Positions 48,347 through 56,553 of a stretch of DNA of 64,000 bases are shown here, one piece after another. Position 1 is the first letter of the stretch; each line of letters opens with the position of its first letter. The position numbers and the translations under genes are program-made. The stretch lies in contig JBEKHN010000011.1 in NCBI GenBank assembly GCA_050012255.1, positions 1 through 64,000 of the forward strand, written 5' to 3'. Source of the stretch: Candidatus Bathyarchaeia archaeon. Its GTDB lineage: Archaea > Thermoproteota > Bathyarchaeia > Bathyarchaeales > Bathycorpusculaceae. The notes below the pieces were generated by a model, which saw only the letters and a list, made by a program, of their open reading frames with translations, had not been told where the DNA came from and made no database searches.

Positions 48347-48928
48347 TCAATGCTTGCAGTTGACGTTCAGGGTCTTTGCCAACCGTCTCAGGTCTTCATC
48401 GCTCATCCACTCTGTCTTAAGATAATTGCGGATTTTCTCATCACTCAGTCCCAGTCTCCTTGCCTCTCGGACTGCTACTCGGTAAGCTTCAATCTCAGTC
48501 GGCCTCGCGGTGTAGCTGTAATGAAAGTCGAAAAGCTCCTTGCCTTCCATGAGCTGTTTTACGTGAACGAGCTCGTGTATGAGGTCGAGGTAAATGTCAA
48601 CCCTGTCGCCGTGGTTAAGGTAGTTGGAGCTTATCATGAGGTGACCGTCTGCGCTGTTGACCCACATGTAGCCGCCTATCCAAGTTAAATCGATCTTAAG
48701 ATTGCGCAAGACTTCATCTGTTCCTTCGCCGAAGATCTCCCTGACAGCTTGAACCTTTTCCATGCCCTTGAAGTATTCCGTGAACAGATGTGATGAGATA
48801 CTCAACCGAAGCATTTCATCCGTGTGGAGCACCCTGAGAATGCGAAACACGTTGAGCATCAGGTGCTCGCGCCAATCCACAGTTACACCATCCCTACTTC
48901 GTTCGAGGGCTCCTTTGTTCGAAGACAT
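48347..48928 (-). CDS. Hypothetical zincin-like protein
   Basis: IHELVHVKQ (HExxH) followed by TEIEAY; start uncertain. Confidence 0.7.
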   Translation of the reverse strand: MSSNKGALERSRDGVTVDWREHLMLNVFRILRVLHTDEMLRLSISSHLFTEYFKGMEKVQAVREIFGEGTDEVLRNLKIDLTWIGGYMWVNSADGHLMISSNYLNHGDRVDIYLDLIHELVHVKQLMEGKELFDFHYSYTARPTEIEAYRVAVREARRLGLSDEKIRNYLKTEWMSDEDLRRLAKTLNVNCKH

Positions 48929-48934
48929 GCTGAG

Positions 48935-50374
48935 CTAGCGCTTCTCAAGTCTCCATTTAACACCTTGAGAGGTGTCCTCTACTATCACGCCCATAGCCTT
49001 GAGCTGCATTCTAATCTGGTCGGCTGTCTTCCAGTCTTTAGCCTTTCTGGCCTGCTCTCTCTTCTGGACAAGTTCTTCAGCCTCTTTCGAAAGCTTCGCT
49101 TCCTCCTTGACTTCGCCGATCACACCGAGAACCCCGTCGAATCTATTCATCAGACTCTGGACTTCTTGTGCCTCTTCTTTGCTGAGCAGATTGCCGTCCA
49201 GAAGGACGTTGACTTCCCTTACAAAATCAAAAAGTGCCGCCAGGGCCTCACTTATGCCTAGGTCGTCATCCATTGCTTCGGTGAAGTCTTTTTCCACGCG
49301 TTCCATGAGCAGCTTTGCGCTCTCTCCAGAACCTTTTCCATCCGAATCTCTGAGTCTGTACATGAAATTGGTCAGGCGTTCAATGGCTCCTTTGGCAGCC
49401 TCGAGCCCTTCGAGAGTGAAATTGAATTGTTGTCTGTAGTGAGTTGCTAACAGCAGATAACGAACGGCTTTCGCGTCATAACCCTTCTTCATTAAGTCGC
49501 TCAGAGTGTAATAGTTGTGGAAGCTTTTGGCCATTCGCTTTCCTTCGGATAGCAACCACTCGTTGTGAAGCCAGTAATTCACGAACTTCTTGCCTGTGGC
49601 CGCTTCGCTCTGGGCAATCTCGTTTTCGTGGTGCGGAAACAGGTTGTCCACGCCGCCGCAGTGAATGTCTAAGGTTTCGCCTAAATATTTCATCGACATC
49701 GCCGAGCACTCGATGTGCCATCCGGGTCTCCCCTTGCCAACCTCTGTTTCCCAGAAAACAGGGCCGTCTTGTTCGTCCCAAGCTTTCCAGAGGGCAAAAT
49801 CGCGGGCTTCCTCTTTTGCGTACTCGTCAGCCTTCACTCTGGCGCCGATCTTGAGTTCTTCAACCTTGATTCTTGCAAGCCTGCCGTAGTCTTTGAACTT
49901 TGAAATGTCATAATAGACTGAGCCATCCTTGCCTCGGTATGCGTAACCCTTCTCGAACAGTTTCTTGATCAAGGAAACCATTTCAGGAATGTGTTCCGTG
50001 GCTCTTGGGTAGTACTCTGCTTCTTGAATGTTCAGTCTTGTCACATCTTCAAAGAAGGCCTTTACGTATCGTTCTGTGTACTCGTTAAGCGGTTTGCCCT
50101 CTTCTCTTGAACCCTTAATCGTTTTGTCATCCACATCCGTCAGGTTCATCACTTGGGTGACCTTGAACCCGCGGTATTCGAGCCACCTCCTTAGGAGGTC
50201 TTCGAAGAGGAAGGCTCTGAAGTTTCCTATGTGGCTGTAGTCATAGACTGTTGGCCCGCAGGTGTACATCTTGACTTTTCCTCCTTCTATGGGAACGAAC
50301 TTCTCCTTTGAGCGCGTCAAAGTGTTAAAAAACCGCAGGTTTTCAGCTTCTGATGTTTTCATGAGTTTTCCCAT
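48935..50374 (-). CDS. cysS: Cysteine--tRNA ligase
   Basis: MYTCGPTVY, HIGN, TDVDDK, DFALWK, GRPGWHIECSAM, FPHHENE, RMAKS. Confidence 0.98.
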   Translation of the reverse strand: MGKLMKTSEAENLRFFNTLTRSKEKFVPIEGGKVKMYTCGPTVYDYSHIGNFRAFLFEDLLRRWLEYRGFKVTQVMNLTDVDDKTIKGSREEGKPLNEYTERYVKAFFEDVTRLNIQEAEYYPRATEHIPEMVSLIKKLFEKGYAYRGKDGSVYYDISKFKDYGRLARIKVEELKIGARVKADEYAKEEARDFALWKAWDEQDGPVFWETEVGKGRPGWHIECSAMSMKYLGETLDIHCGGVDNLFPHHENEIAQSEAATGKKFVNYWLHNEWLLSEGKRMAKSFHNYYTLSDLMKKGYDAKAVRYLLLATHYRQQFNFTLEGLEAAKGAIERLTNFMYRLRDSDGKGSGESAKLLMERVEKDFTEAMDDDLGISEALAALFDFVREVNVLLDGNLLSKEEAQEVQSLMNRFDGVLGVIGEVKEEAKLSKEAEELVQKREQARKAKDWKTADQIRMQLKAMGVIVEDTSQGVKWRLEKR

Positions 50375-50499
50375 AGAACTAGCGATGGAACATATTTAAG
50401 CATTTTAGCTTCAAGCCGAGATACAAGAGTCACGAAGCACTGAAGGAGACTTGAGCAACTGATATATGCAGTGTTTATAATACATCTGGAATCCTCAAA

Positions 50500-51762
50500 A
50501 TGAGCAGCTGGGTGGTGCAGAAATTTAAGACGTTCAAAGTGGTCCATCTTCTTTTTATCATGGTCATCCTACTTTCAGTGATACTTCTCACTTTCCGTTC
50601 ATTCTGCCAGTCTACGGGTGGAAACATATGGTACGTTCATGACACCATTGACCCATCCTCGGACACGGTAAAATGGCGGGAAGTAGGAGCCATAGAGCAG
50701 ACGCCAGATTGGATATTGGATGGAAGATGGTTTGCGATGTCAAAACGTGAGAGCTTGGTCAGTGCCAACGACATCTTCGTCTCGATGTATGAAAGCTTCA
50801 ACTGGTCAGCTGTCAAGTCTGCGTATCTCTTGCCTTTTCCCTCATTCAGCGAATTTGCTCAAAACCTGGCCAGTAACCGGCTGTCGTGGCTGAACGACAC
50901 CTGGTTGATAGACACAGAATGGTACGGAATATCAGCCAACACGACTAAAATAAGATATTCTTACGACGAAGTTACGTCGGAGGCCCAGCTGTGGACTTGG
51001 TTCCACATCACCCGCATACCCGAGTACTTCGTGGGCAGCGAGAAACTGACAGGCTGGCTCACGGGCTTCGACTTGAGCCCCATTTCCACGGGAGACCTCA
51101 GAGTCTACGAGTTCTCCGAGGACTCGAACGTAAATGGAACTGCCTACAGCGTTTACTTTGAGGCGCCGGCCAACATGCTCTCTCAACACGGCGACAACTT
51201 TACGCTGAGCATCGGAATCTCCCCATCCTACCGTGGCCAGGTCGTCAACATGCAACAAACTATCGACATCAACATGCCCGCAACCACTGAAGTGAAGGAG
51301 ATGTCCCCTGCTAACCTCTCCGTCGCTGCGAGCAATACTGCTTCGTTTGTTTTAACCAAGGATGACGTATACCCAGCATCGTTCTCGGTGGTAAGCGGCT
51401 CTCCGACGAAGCCGTTCGGTCAGGTCGTTTGGGAAAGCGCAAGTCTGTGGTTGGTCACGCCGGGTGGTTGGGCAGCGATCGCTACTTTGATCGTTCTGGG
51501 TTTCACAGCCATGCGCGGCAGAAGAATATGGCACCGAAACAGGCTCTACCATCGCATGTACAAGAGCATGGTTACCATCTACCATCTCTATTCAACGGAC
51601 ATGCTGAGGTTTCATCAGGAAATGGCGACCGTATCAAGTTCCATCTTTCAACTCGTGATCGAGGACAGGATTACCGACGAGCAGTTTGAAAGACTTCTGG
51701 TCAGAAGGGACGACCTGCTAAAGAGAGTGCAAAGTGAACAACCGCCCCCTCCAAAACAATGA
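50500..51762 (+). CDS. Hypothetical membrane-anchored protein with large extracellular domain and Pro-rich C-terminus
   Basis: N-terminal hydrophobic segment, TM near the C-terminus, tail ends EQPPPPKQ. Confidence 0.8.
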   Translation: MSSWVVQKFKTFKVVHLLFIMVILLSVILLTFRSFCQSTGGNIWYVHDTIDPSSDTVKWREVGAIEQTPDWILDGRWFAMSKRESLVSANDIFVSMYESFNWSAVKSAYLLPFPSFSEFAQNLASNRLSWLNDTWLIDTEWYGISANTTKIRYSYDEVTSEAQLWTWFHITRIPEYFVGSEKLTGWLTGFDLSPISTGDLRVYEFSEDSNVNGTAYSVYFEAPANMLSQHGDNFTLSIGISPSYRGQVVNMQQTIDINMPATTEVKEMSPANLSVAASNTASFVLTKDDVYPASFSVVSGSPTKPFGQVVWESASLWLVTPGGWAAIATLIVLGFTAMRGRRIWHRNRLYHRMYKSMVTIYHLYSTDMLRFHQEMATVSSSIFQLVIEDRITDEQFERLLVRRDDLLKRVQSEQPPPPKQ

Positions 51763-51879
51763 CCAGTGAACTTCAACGATGCGTTGTGATTCCTAAGAAA
51801 TCCAAGACGAATTCCAAACAATGAACGAAACAAAAAGTGGAAAGGCTTGAAAGAGGTCAGCATCTTCTGACAATCGTAA

Positions 51880-52407
51880 CTACGGTGGCGGTGGAGGCGG
51901 GGGAGGCGGCGGAGCAGCCATGAACCCTTGCTTCACGTTGATCACAGTTGTGCCAGCGATACGGTCAAAGTATCTTTGCCGCGGGTCGGGTCCAGGAGTT
52001 GCAAAGCCGATCAGAATGTCAATGAGAAAGATGATCCAGAAGATTTTGCTTATGTTTCTGGTCAACACTTTGTTGGACGGTGCTTTGCTACCATCAAGCA
52101 TCTGCACCTTCAAGCCCATCACTCTCTTTCCCAAGGTAGCTGCAGAAGTCGACGATTCCATAACAGTGGAATAAATGACGTAGAGCAGACCATAGAAGAC
52201 GGGCACGAAGAAAACCCACACGAGCCACCAAAACGATGCAAACGCTCCATAAAGTGGTGCTCCAGTCCCGTTCCAGACTAGCACCCACCAAACGACCCAA
52301 CCTACGATAGCCCAAGGCACACTGTCGATCAAGGCAGCCACGATCCTCAACAACCAATGCGTTCCGACATCAACTTGACCACCAGTATTTCCATATCCTG
52401 CAGACAT
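51880..52407 (-). CDS. RDD family membrane protein with poly-Pro tail
   Basis: WLLRIVAALID, TLGKRVMGLKV, RN, RQRYFDRIAGT; ends in ten prolines. Confidence 0.9.
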   Translation of the reverse strand: MSAGYGNTGGQVDVGTHWLLRIVAALIDSVPWAIVGWVVWWVLVWNGTGAPLYGAFASFWWLVWVFFVPVFYGLLYVIYSTVMESSTSAATLGKRVMGLKVQMLDGSKAPSNKVLTRNISKIFWIIFLIDILIGFATPGPDPRQRYFDRIAGTTVINVKQGFMAAPPPPPPPPPP

Positions 52408-52597
52408 CTTTCCATCTCGCACAGATATTCAATGTGATTCATTTTTATTGCTTTCTATCGATCCATGGTAACAATGTCATGCGTGTTGAAATATCGCAAG
52501 CTCCGCGCCTGCTTTCAGAACGAAAATAGATTCGAGAGTCTGAAAGCTTATAAATCGATTCGCCAACTGAAGTCTGTGAAAGGGTGAAGTGATGAAA

Positions 52598-52960
52598 ATG
52601 TCCAAACAAGAAAAAGCCATGACGAAAGACAGGCTGATTGGAATGCAAGTGATCGATGCTGAGGGAAACAATGCCGGAACCATAAAGGACATAGCGTTCA
52701 CCGTTGGAAAAATGGGTATGACCATAATCGTTGAGACTGAGAAGAGTGGGGACATGGAAGTCCCGTGGGAACAGATTCAAGCAGCAGGAGACTACGTCCT
52801 GCTAAAACCAGCAACTACTCAAACCCAGACTTTCGGGCCGCAACCAACGTTGCAGACGCAGCAAGCACAAGCACCTGTCTGCCCCACGTGCGGCGGACCC
52901 CTAACTTACATTCAACAGTATCAGAGATGGTACTGCTACAAAGACAAGAAGTACGTGTAA
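52598..52960 (+). CDS. PRC-barrel protein with C-terminal zinc-ribbon-like tail
   Basis: LIGMQVIDAEG...GTIKDI, VPWEQIQAAGDYVLLK; Q/T linker; CPTCGGPLTYIQQYQRWYCYKDKKYV; start could be 52589 or 52592. Confidence 0.85.
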   Translation: MSKQEKAMTKDRLIGMQVIDAEGNNAGTIKDIAFTVGKMGMTIIVETEKSGDMEVPWEQIQAAGDYVLLKPATTQTQTFGPQPTLQTQQAQAPVCPTCGGPLTYIQQYQRWYCYKDKKYV

Positions 52961-53149
52961 AAAAAACTGCGCAATTTGCACCTCTTTCCATCTGCAGTTT
53001 TCCACAAGATCATATGGAAACGGCATTGTCATATTCATATCAAGATTTTTCTGTAAGCTCGGGCCCTGCGGCAATCACTTAGATAAAGTCTTAAATACTC
53101 ATGGGAAAGAAAACATGAGCTAAAGAAAAATCAATTATGAGGAATTTGC

Positions 53150-53728
53150 ATGGATTCAAGAGAAGGATATCTACACGACTATCTTGTAGCAAGCTTCGTT
53201 GGAATAGCTTTCGGCATGGTTGTTGCTTCTCCTGCGGGACTTGTGCTTGGGGACTGGGGAAGATACATAGGCGCAATGGTCGTAGCAGGTCTATTTGGCT
53301 TCGTTCCGGGCGGTCTGGCATCAGGCTACATCAACTTTAGGTTCCATCAGATGGGAGAAAATTCGGAGATGAGCGGTCTGAGCGCTGGCTTCTTCACGGC
53401 CATTGTCTACACCATCGTTGATCTCATCATCACTTTGGTCTATGCGATACTGGGTGCTGATGCTGGCAGGGTCTTCATCGGTTGGGTCATAGCGGTGGCC
53501 TTCGGATTCATATTCTTCACACTGGGAGGCTATCTTTCAGGTATGCTTGAAAAGAAACCGTTTGCGATGCCTAGCATGTTCAATCTTTCGCGAATTCAAA
53601 GAGGCGCTACGGCTCCTCCGCCACCACCGCCAGGAGCTGCGATGACGTGTCCGAGCTGTGGCAGTCCGTTGAGATACATTCAGCAATACCAGCGATGGTA
53701 CTGCGACAAAGAAAAGAAGTACGTCTGA
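53150..53728 (+). CDS. Four-TM membrane protein with poly-Pro linker and the same zinc-ribbon-like tail
   Basis: Four Gly-rich TMs; APPPPPPG; CPSCGSPLRYIQQYQRWYCDKEKKYV. Confidence 0.85.
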   Translation: MDSREGYLHDYLVASFVGIAFGMVVASPAGLVLGDWGRYIGAMVVAGLFGFVPGGLASGYINFRFHQMGENSEMSGLSAGFFTAIVYTIVDLIITLVYAILGADAGRVFIGWVIAVAFGFIFFTLGGYLSGMLEKKPFAMPSMFNLSRIQRGATAPPPPPPGAAMTCPSCGSPLRYIQQYQRWYCDKEKKYV

Positions 53729-53828
53729 GCGCTTCCTCCTTCCTCTATTTTTCTCTAGACTCAGGGACAGAGCAGATTTTTCCCTCCAGCTGACGGAAAC
53801 GCATAAAGCACCTCGGGCAGAGTAGTTC

Positions 53829-54974
53829 TTGAACGAGATGTTACCTGAAGAAAGAAGTGCCACAGTTTTCTGGCCGTTGATAGGGCCTTGGTACGAGTCC
53901 CTGAAGAAACCTCAGGAGACCCAGAGGCAAGTGCTTTCTGGCTTGCTGAAGGAATATGCAAAGACGCGGTACGGAGAAGAGCACCACGCGTCCCAGACAG
54001 AAGATATCAGCGATTTCAGAAGAAACTTTCCAATAATCAACTATCAAGGTCTGAGCTCCTACTTGTCAGACATCATGAAAGGCGATTATAGCTCTATTCT
54101 TCCAGAACCACTCGCATGCTGGGTGATGACACGAGGTTCCACCGGCCCTGCAAAAGTGTTGCCCGCCACAAAGACACACATTGAGCAGATCCTGACATGT
54201 GGATCCAGAGCTCTGATAAACCATGCGCTAAGAAACAAGGACTATGAGCTTCTTGATGGCAAAATTCTGAACCTAAACTTCCCGTCCAATGTCCACACGA
54301 TCGTGATGAACGGGCAAACGATGACTTACGGCTACAGTTCAGGAACTTACGCAAAATTGATCCCTGCACTTGATAGGGTCGGACTTCTACCAAGGCAAGA
54401 GGAAATAGATGAGTTAGGATCAGGAATCACCAAGCGAGACTGGGAAAAAAGGTTTGAGCTGGTTTACCAACAAGCGCTCCACGAAAACGTGACTGGCGCG
54501 ATGGGTGTGACTCCTGTGATCCTGTCTTTTGCTAAGTACATTGTGCGGAAACACGGTGAAAGACCGAAAGGACTTTGGAAATTGCGCGCACTATTCTGCA
54601 CGAGTGTTCGAAAGATTCAGTTCAGGTACGCACCAAGGCTCCGTGAACTCTTCGGAGATGTCCCAGTGGTGGAGATATACAGCGCAACGGAGGGAGTTTT
54701 CGGTCAGCAACTCGACGAGTTGCCATACGTTACTCCGAACTATGACACCTATGTCTTCGAGGTCAAAACTGGCCGAGGGATAAAGATGCTGCATGAACTT
54801 GAACGCGGAGAATGGGGTGAGTTAATAGTGTCCTCATGCCTGTTCCCAAGGTACGCCATCGGAGATATGATCGAGTCTGCGGGGAAGAACTATTTCCGCG
54901 TGTTTGGGAGACGCAATGCTCAAACGCTTCTCGAGCATAGGCTTCACAGATTCTTTCTCGGATGGCTACTCTAA
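53829..54974 (+). CDS. GH3-family acyl-adenylating enzyme, N-terminal domain only
   Basis: P.ETQ..VL..LL....T.YG, TRGSTGPAK.LP, YSATEG, RYAIGD, FGRR. Confidence 0.8.
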   Translation: MNEMLPEERSATVFWPLIGPWYESLKKPQETQRQVLSGLLKEYAKTRYGEEHHASQTEDISDFRRNFPIINYQGLSSYLSDIMKGDYSSILPEPLACWVMTRGSTGPAKVLPATKTHIEQILTCGSRALINHALRNKDYELLDGKILNLNFPSNVHTIVMNGQTMTYGYSSGTYAKLIPALDRVGLLPRQEEIDELGSGITKRDWEKRFELVYQQALHENVTGAMGVTPVILSFAKYIVRKHGERPKGLWKLRALFCTSVRKIQFRYAPRLRELFGDVPVVEIYSATEGVFGQQLDELPYVTPNYDTYVFEVKTGRGIKMLHELERGEWGELIVSSCLFPRYAIGDMIESAGKNYFRVFGRRNAQTLLEHRLHRFFLGWLL

Positions 54975-55357
54975 GGCCTCGGATGCCTCTTGACCAGCAC
55001 GAAAGCGCCATAAATTGCCACGACGATCACTATTATCCCAATCAAGAGAAGAAAGAAAGCCCCAACCGTTCTCCAATCGTAGCCCGGATTAGAAACTCCA
55101 ACAAAAGCTGCTACACCCAGAAATATGAGGATTAGACCCCCGATCAATGGACCCAAAAACCCAAGCTCATGCTTCTCCCCTTTTTCACCTTTCTCGCGTT
55201 TCTCGGCTTTTTCGCTTTTCTCGGATTTTTCGCCTCTTCGATACTCTCTGAATCTCGACTCAGCAGGAGCTTGTGCCGCTTTCAATGGGGCCCCGCATTT
55301 GGGGCAAAAACTCATCTCTTCTGTGACTTCGGCACCGCATTTTGGACAGTATGACAT
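54971..55357 (-). CDS. Zinc-ribbon membrane protein with EKx repeat linker
   Basis: YCPKCG...FCPKCG, (EKx)7, two TMs. Confidence 0.85.
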   Translation of the reverse strand: MSYCPKCGAEVTEEMSFCPKCGAPLKAAQAPAESRFREYRRGEKSEKSEKAEKREKGEKGEKHELGFLGPLIGGLILIFLGVAAFVGVSNPGYDWRTVGAFFLLLIGIIVIVVAIYGAFVLVKRHPRP

Positions 55358-55476
55358 GGTCCTTCACTCCTGTTTTCTGCCCTTCTATTTTAAACACTTA
55401 GTATTTAAAACATGTCCAAACCGAGAAATGTTATATACGTTCACGTGGTTAGAACAGTCCAAGAGGGGAATATTGA

Positions 55477-56037
55477 TTGAACTTCGGAGGATTCTCAAGA
55501 AGGCACAGAGAAGGACTTTTGAGTGCCGTCTCAGCGGGTTTCTTTTTGGTGTTGATCGGTCTGCTTTTCATTATTACACCCAATCTCTACAATTACACAG
55601 TCACATTCTTCAATAACTTCAACGCCACATCAGCTGTTCCCAACACCCAAATACAGCTCCCTGCTCCCGACGCCCAGCAGTCAGCAAGCAACTTCACAGT
55701 GCGCGAGGCGAACCTGTATGTTTACTCAGCAGTGTGGCAATTCAGCTTGGCCTGGGGAATATTCCTCATTGCCCTACTGGTTATGAGGTTTGCATCCGAT
55801 TCATCGTGGCGCAAAAAGGCAGAAAACATTTCAGACATTGTCTTTTGGTTCGGCATGATCTACTTGGTCCAAACGTGGCTCATAGATCCGACGAACAAGT
55901 ACACCTCTCTGGCTCAAAACTACACGTCTCTGACTCAAACATGGTTCGAGTTCTGGTCTATGATAATAGTGCTTCTGGGAATATCCCTAATTGTCAGAGC
56001 AATCTGCCTGGCCGCTTACAGAAGAGAACACGCATAA
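55477..56037 (+). CDS. Hypothetical four-TM membrane protein
   Basis: Four hydrophobic segments; TATA-like TTATATA at about 55431. Confidence 0.75.
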   Translation: MNFGGFSRRHREGLLSAVSAGFFLVLIGLLFIITPNLYNYTVTFFNNFNATSAVPNTQIQLPAPDAQQSASNFTVREANLYVYSAVWQFSLAWGIFLIALLVMRFASDSSWRKKAENISDIVFWFGMIYLVQTWLIDPTNKYTSLAQNYTSLTQTWFEFWSMIIVLLGISLIVRAICLAAYRREHA

Positions 56038-56043
56038 ATAGAC

Positions 56044-56502
56044 ATGAACAGAAAACCAGATCAACAAACAAAGATGACGGTGACGATTATCCCGATAGCG
56101 TATTCCGAAGCTCCGGACGTGAAGAAGCTGGCCGACGAGATCGCAGAAAGTCTCGGGTTGTTCCACGTTGTTCCACAATATGTGTTCTGTGTCAGAAGCA
56201 AAGGGTCCGCATCCAGACGCACAATCGCCCGCATTCATGGCCTCGGCAAGGTCTGGCAGGAAACTCTCAACCGTCCAGCCTCATACGTGATCGAAGTGAT
56301 CTCTGAAAAATACGACAAAATGACCGAGGAAGACAAGGAGAAAACCATGATCCATGAGCTCCTGCACATCCCAAAAGCGTTTGCAGGCGGATTCCGACCC
56401 CACAAAGGTTACATCGACAACCAAACTGTGGAACATCTTCACAGAACTTTTCAGAAAGAGAGATGTTCCAGAGGACAACTTTTTAAGGCGCACGAAGAAT
56501 GA
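56044..56502 (+). CDS. Small HExxH metallopeptidase (archaeal/phage putative metallopeptidase family)
   Basis: RSKGS...TIARIHGL..VWQ, YVIEVISE.YD, IHELLHIP..F.GG.RPH. Confidence 0.85.
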   Translation: MNRKPDQQTKMTVTIIPIAYSEAPDVKKLADEIAESLGLFHVVPQYVFCVRSKGSASRRTIARIHGLGKVWQETLNRPASYVIEVISEKYDKMTEEDKEKTMIHELLHIPKAFAGGFRPHKGYIDNQTVEHLHRTFQKERCSRGQLFKAHEE

Positions 56503-56553
56503 GAGAAAAGAACCTCAGAATGACGGTTCACGCAGCATCATGAGAGACGAGAA

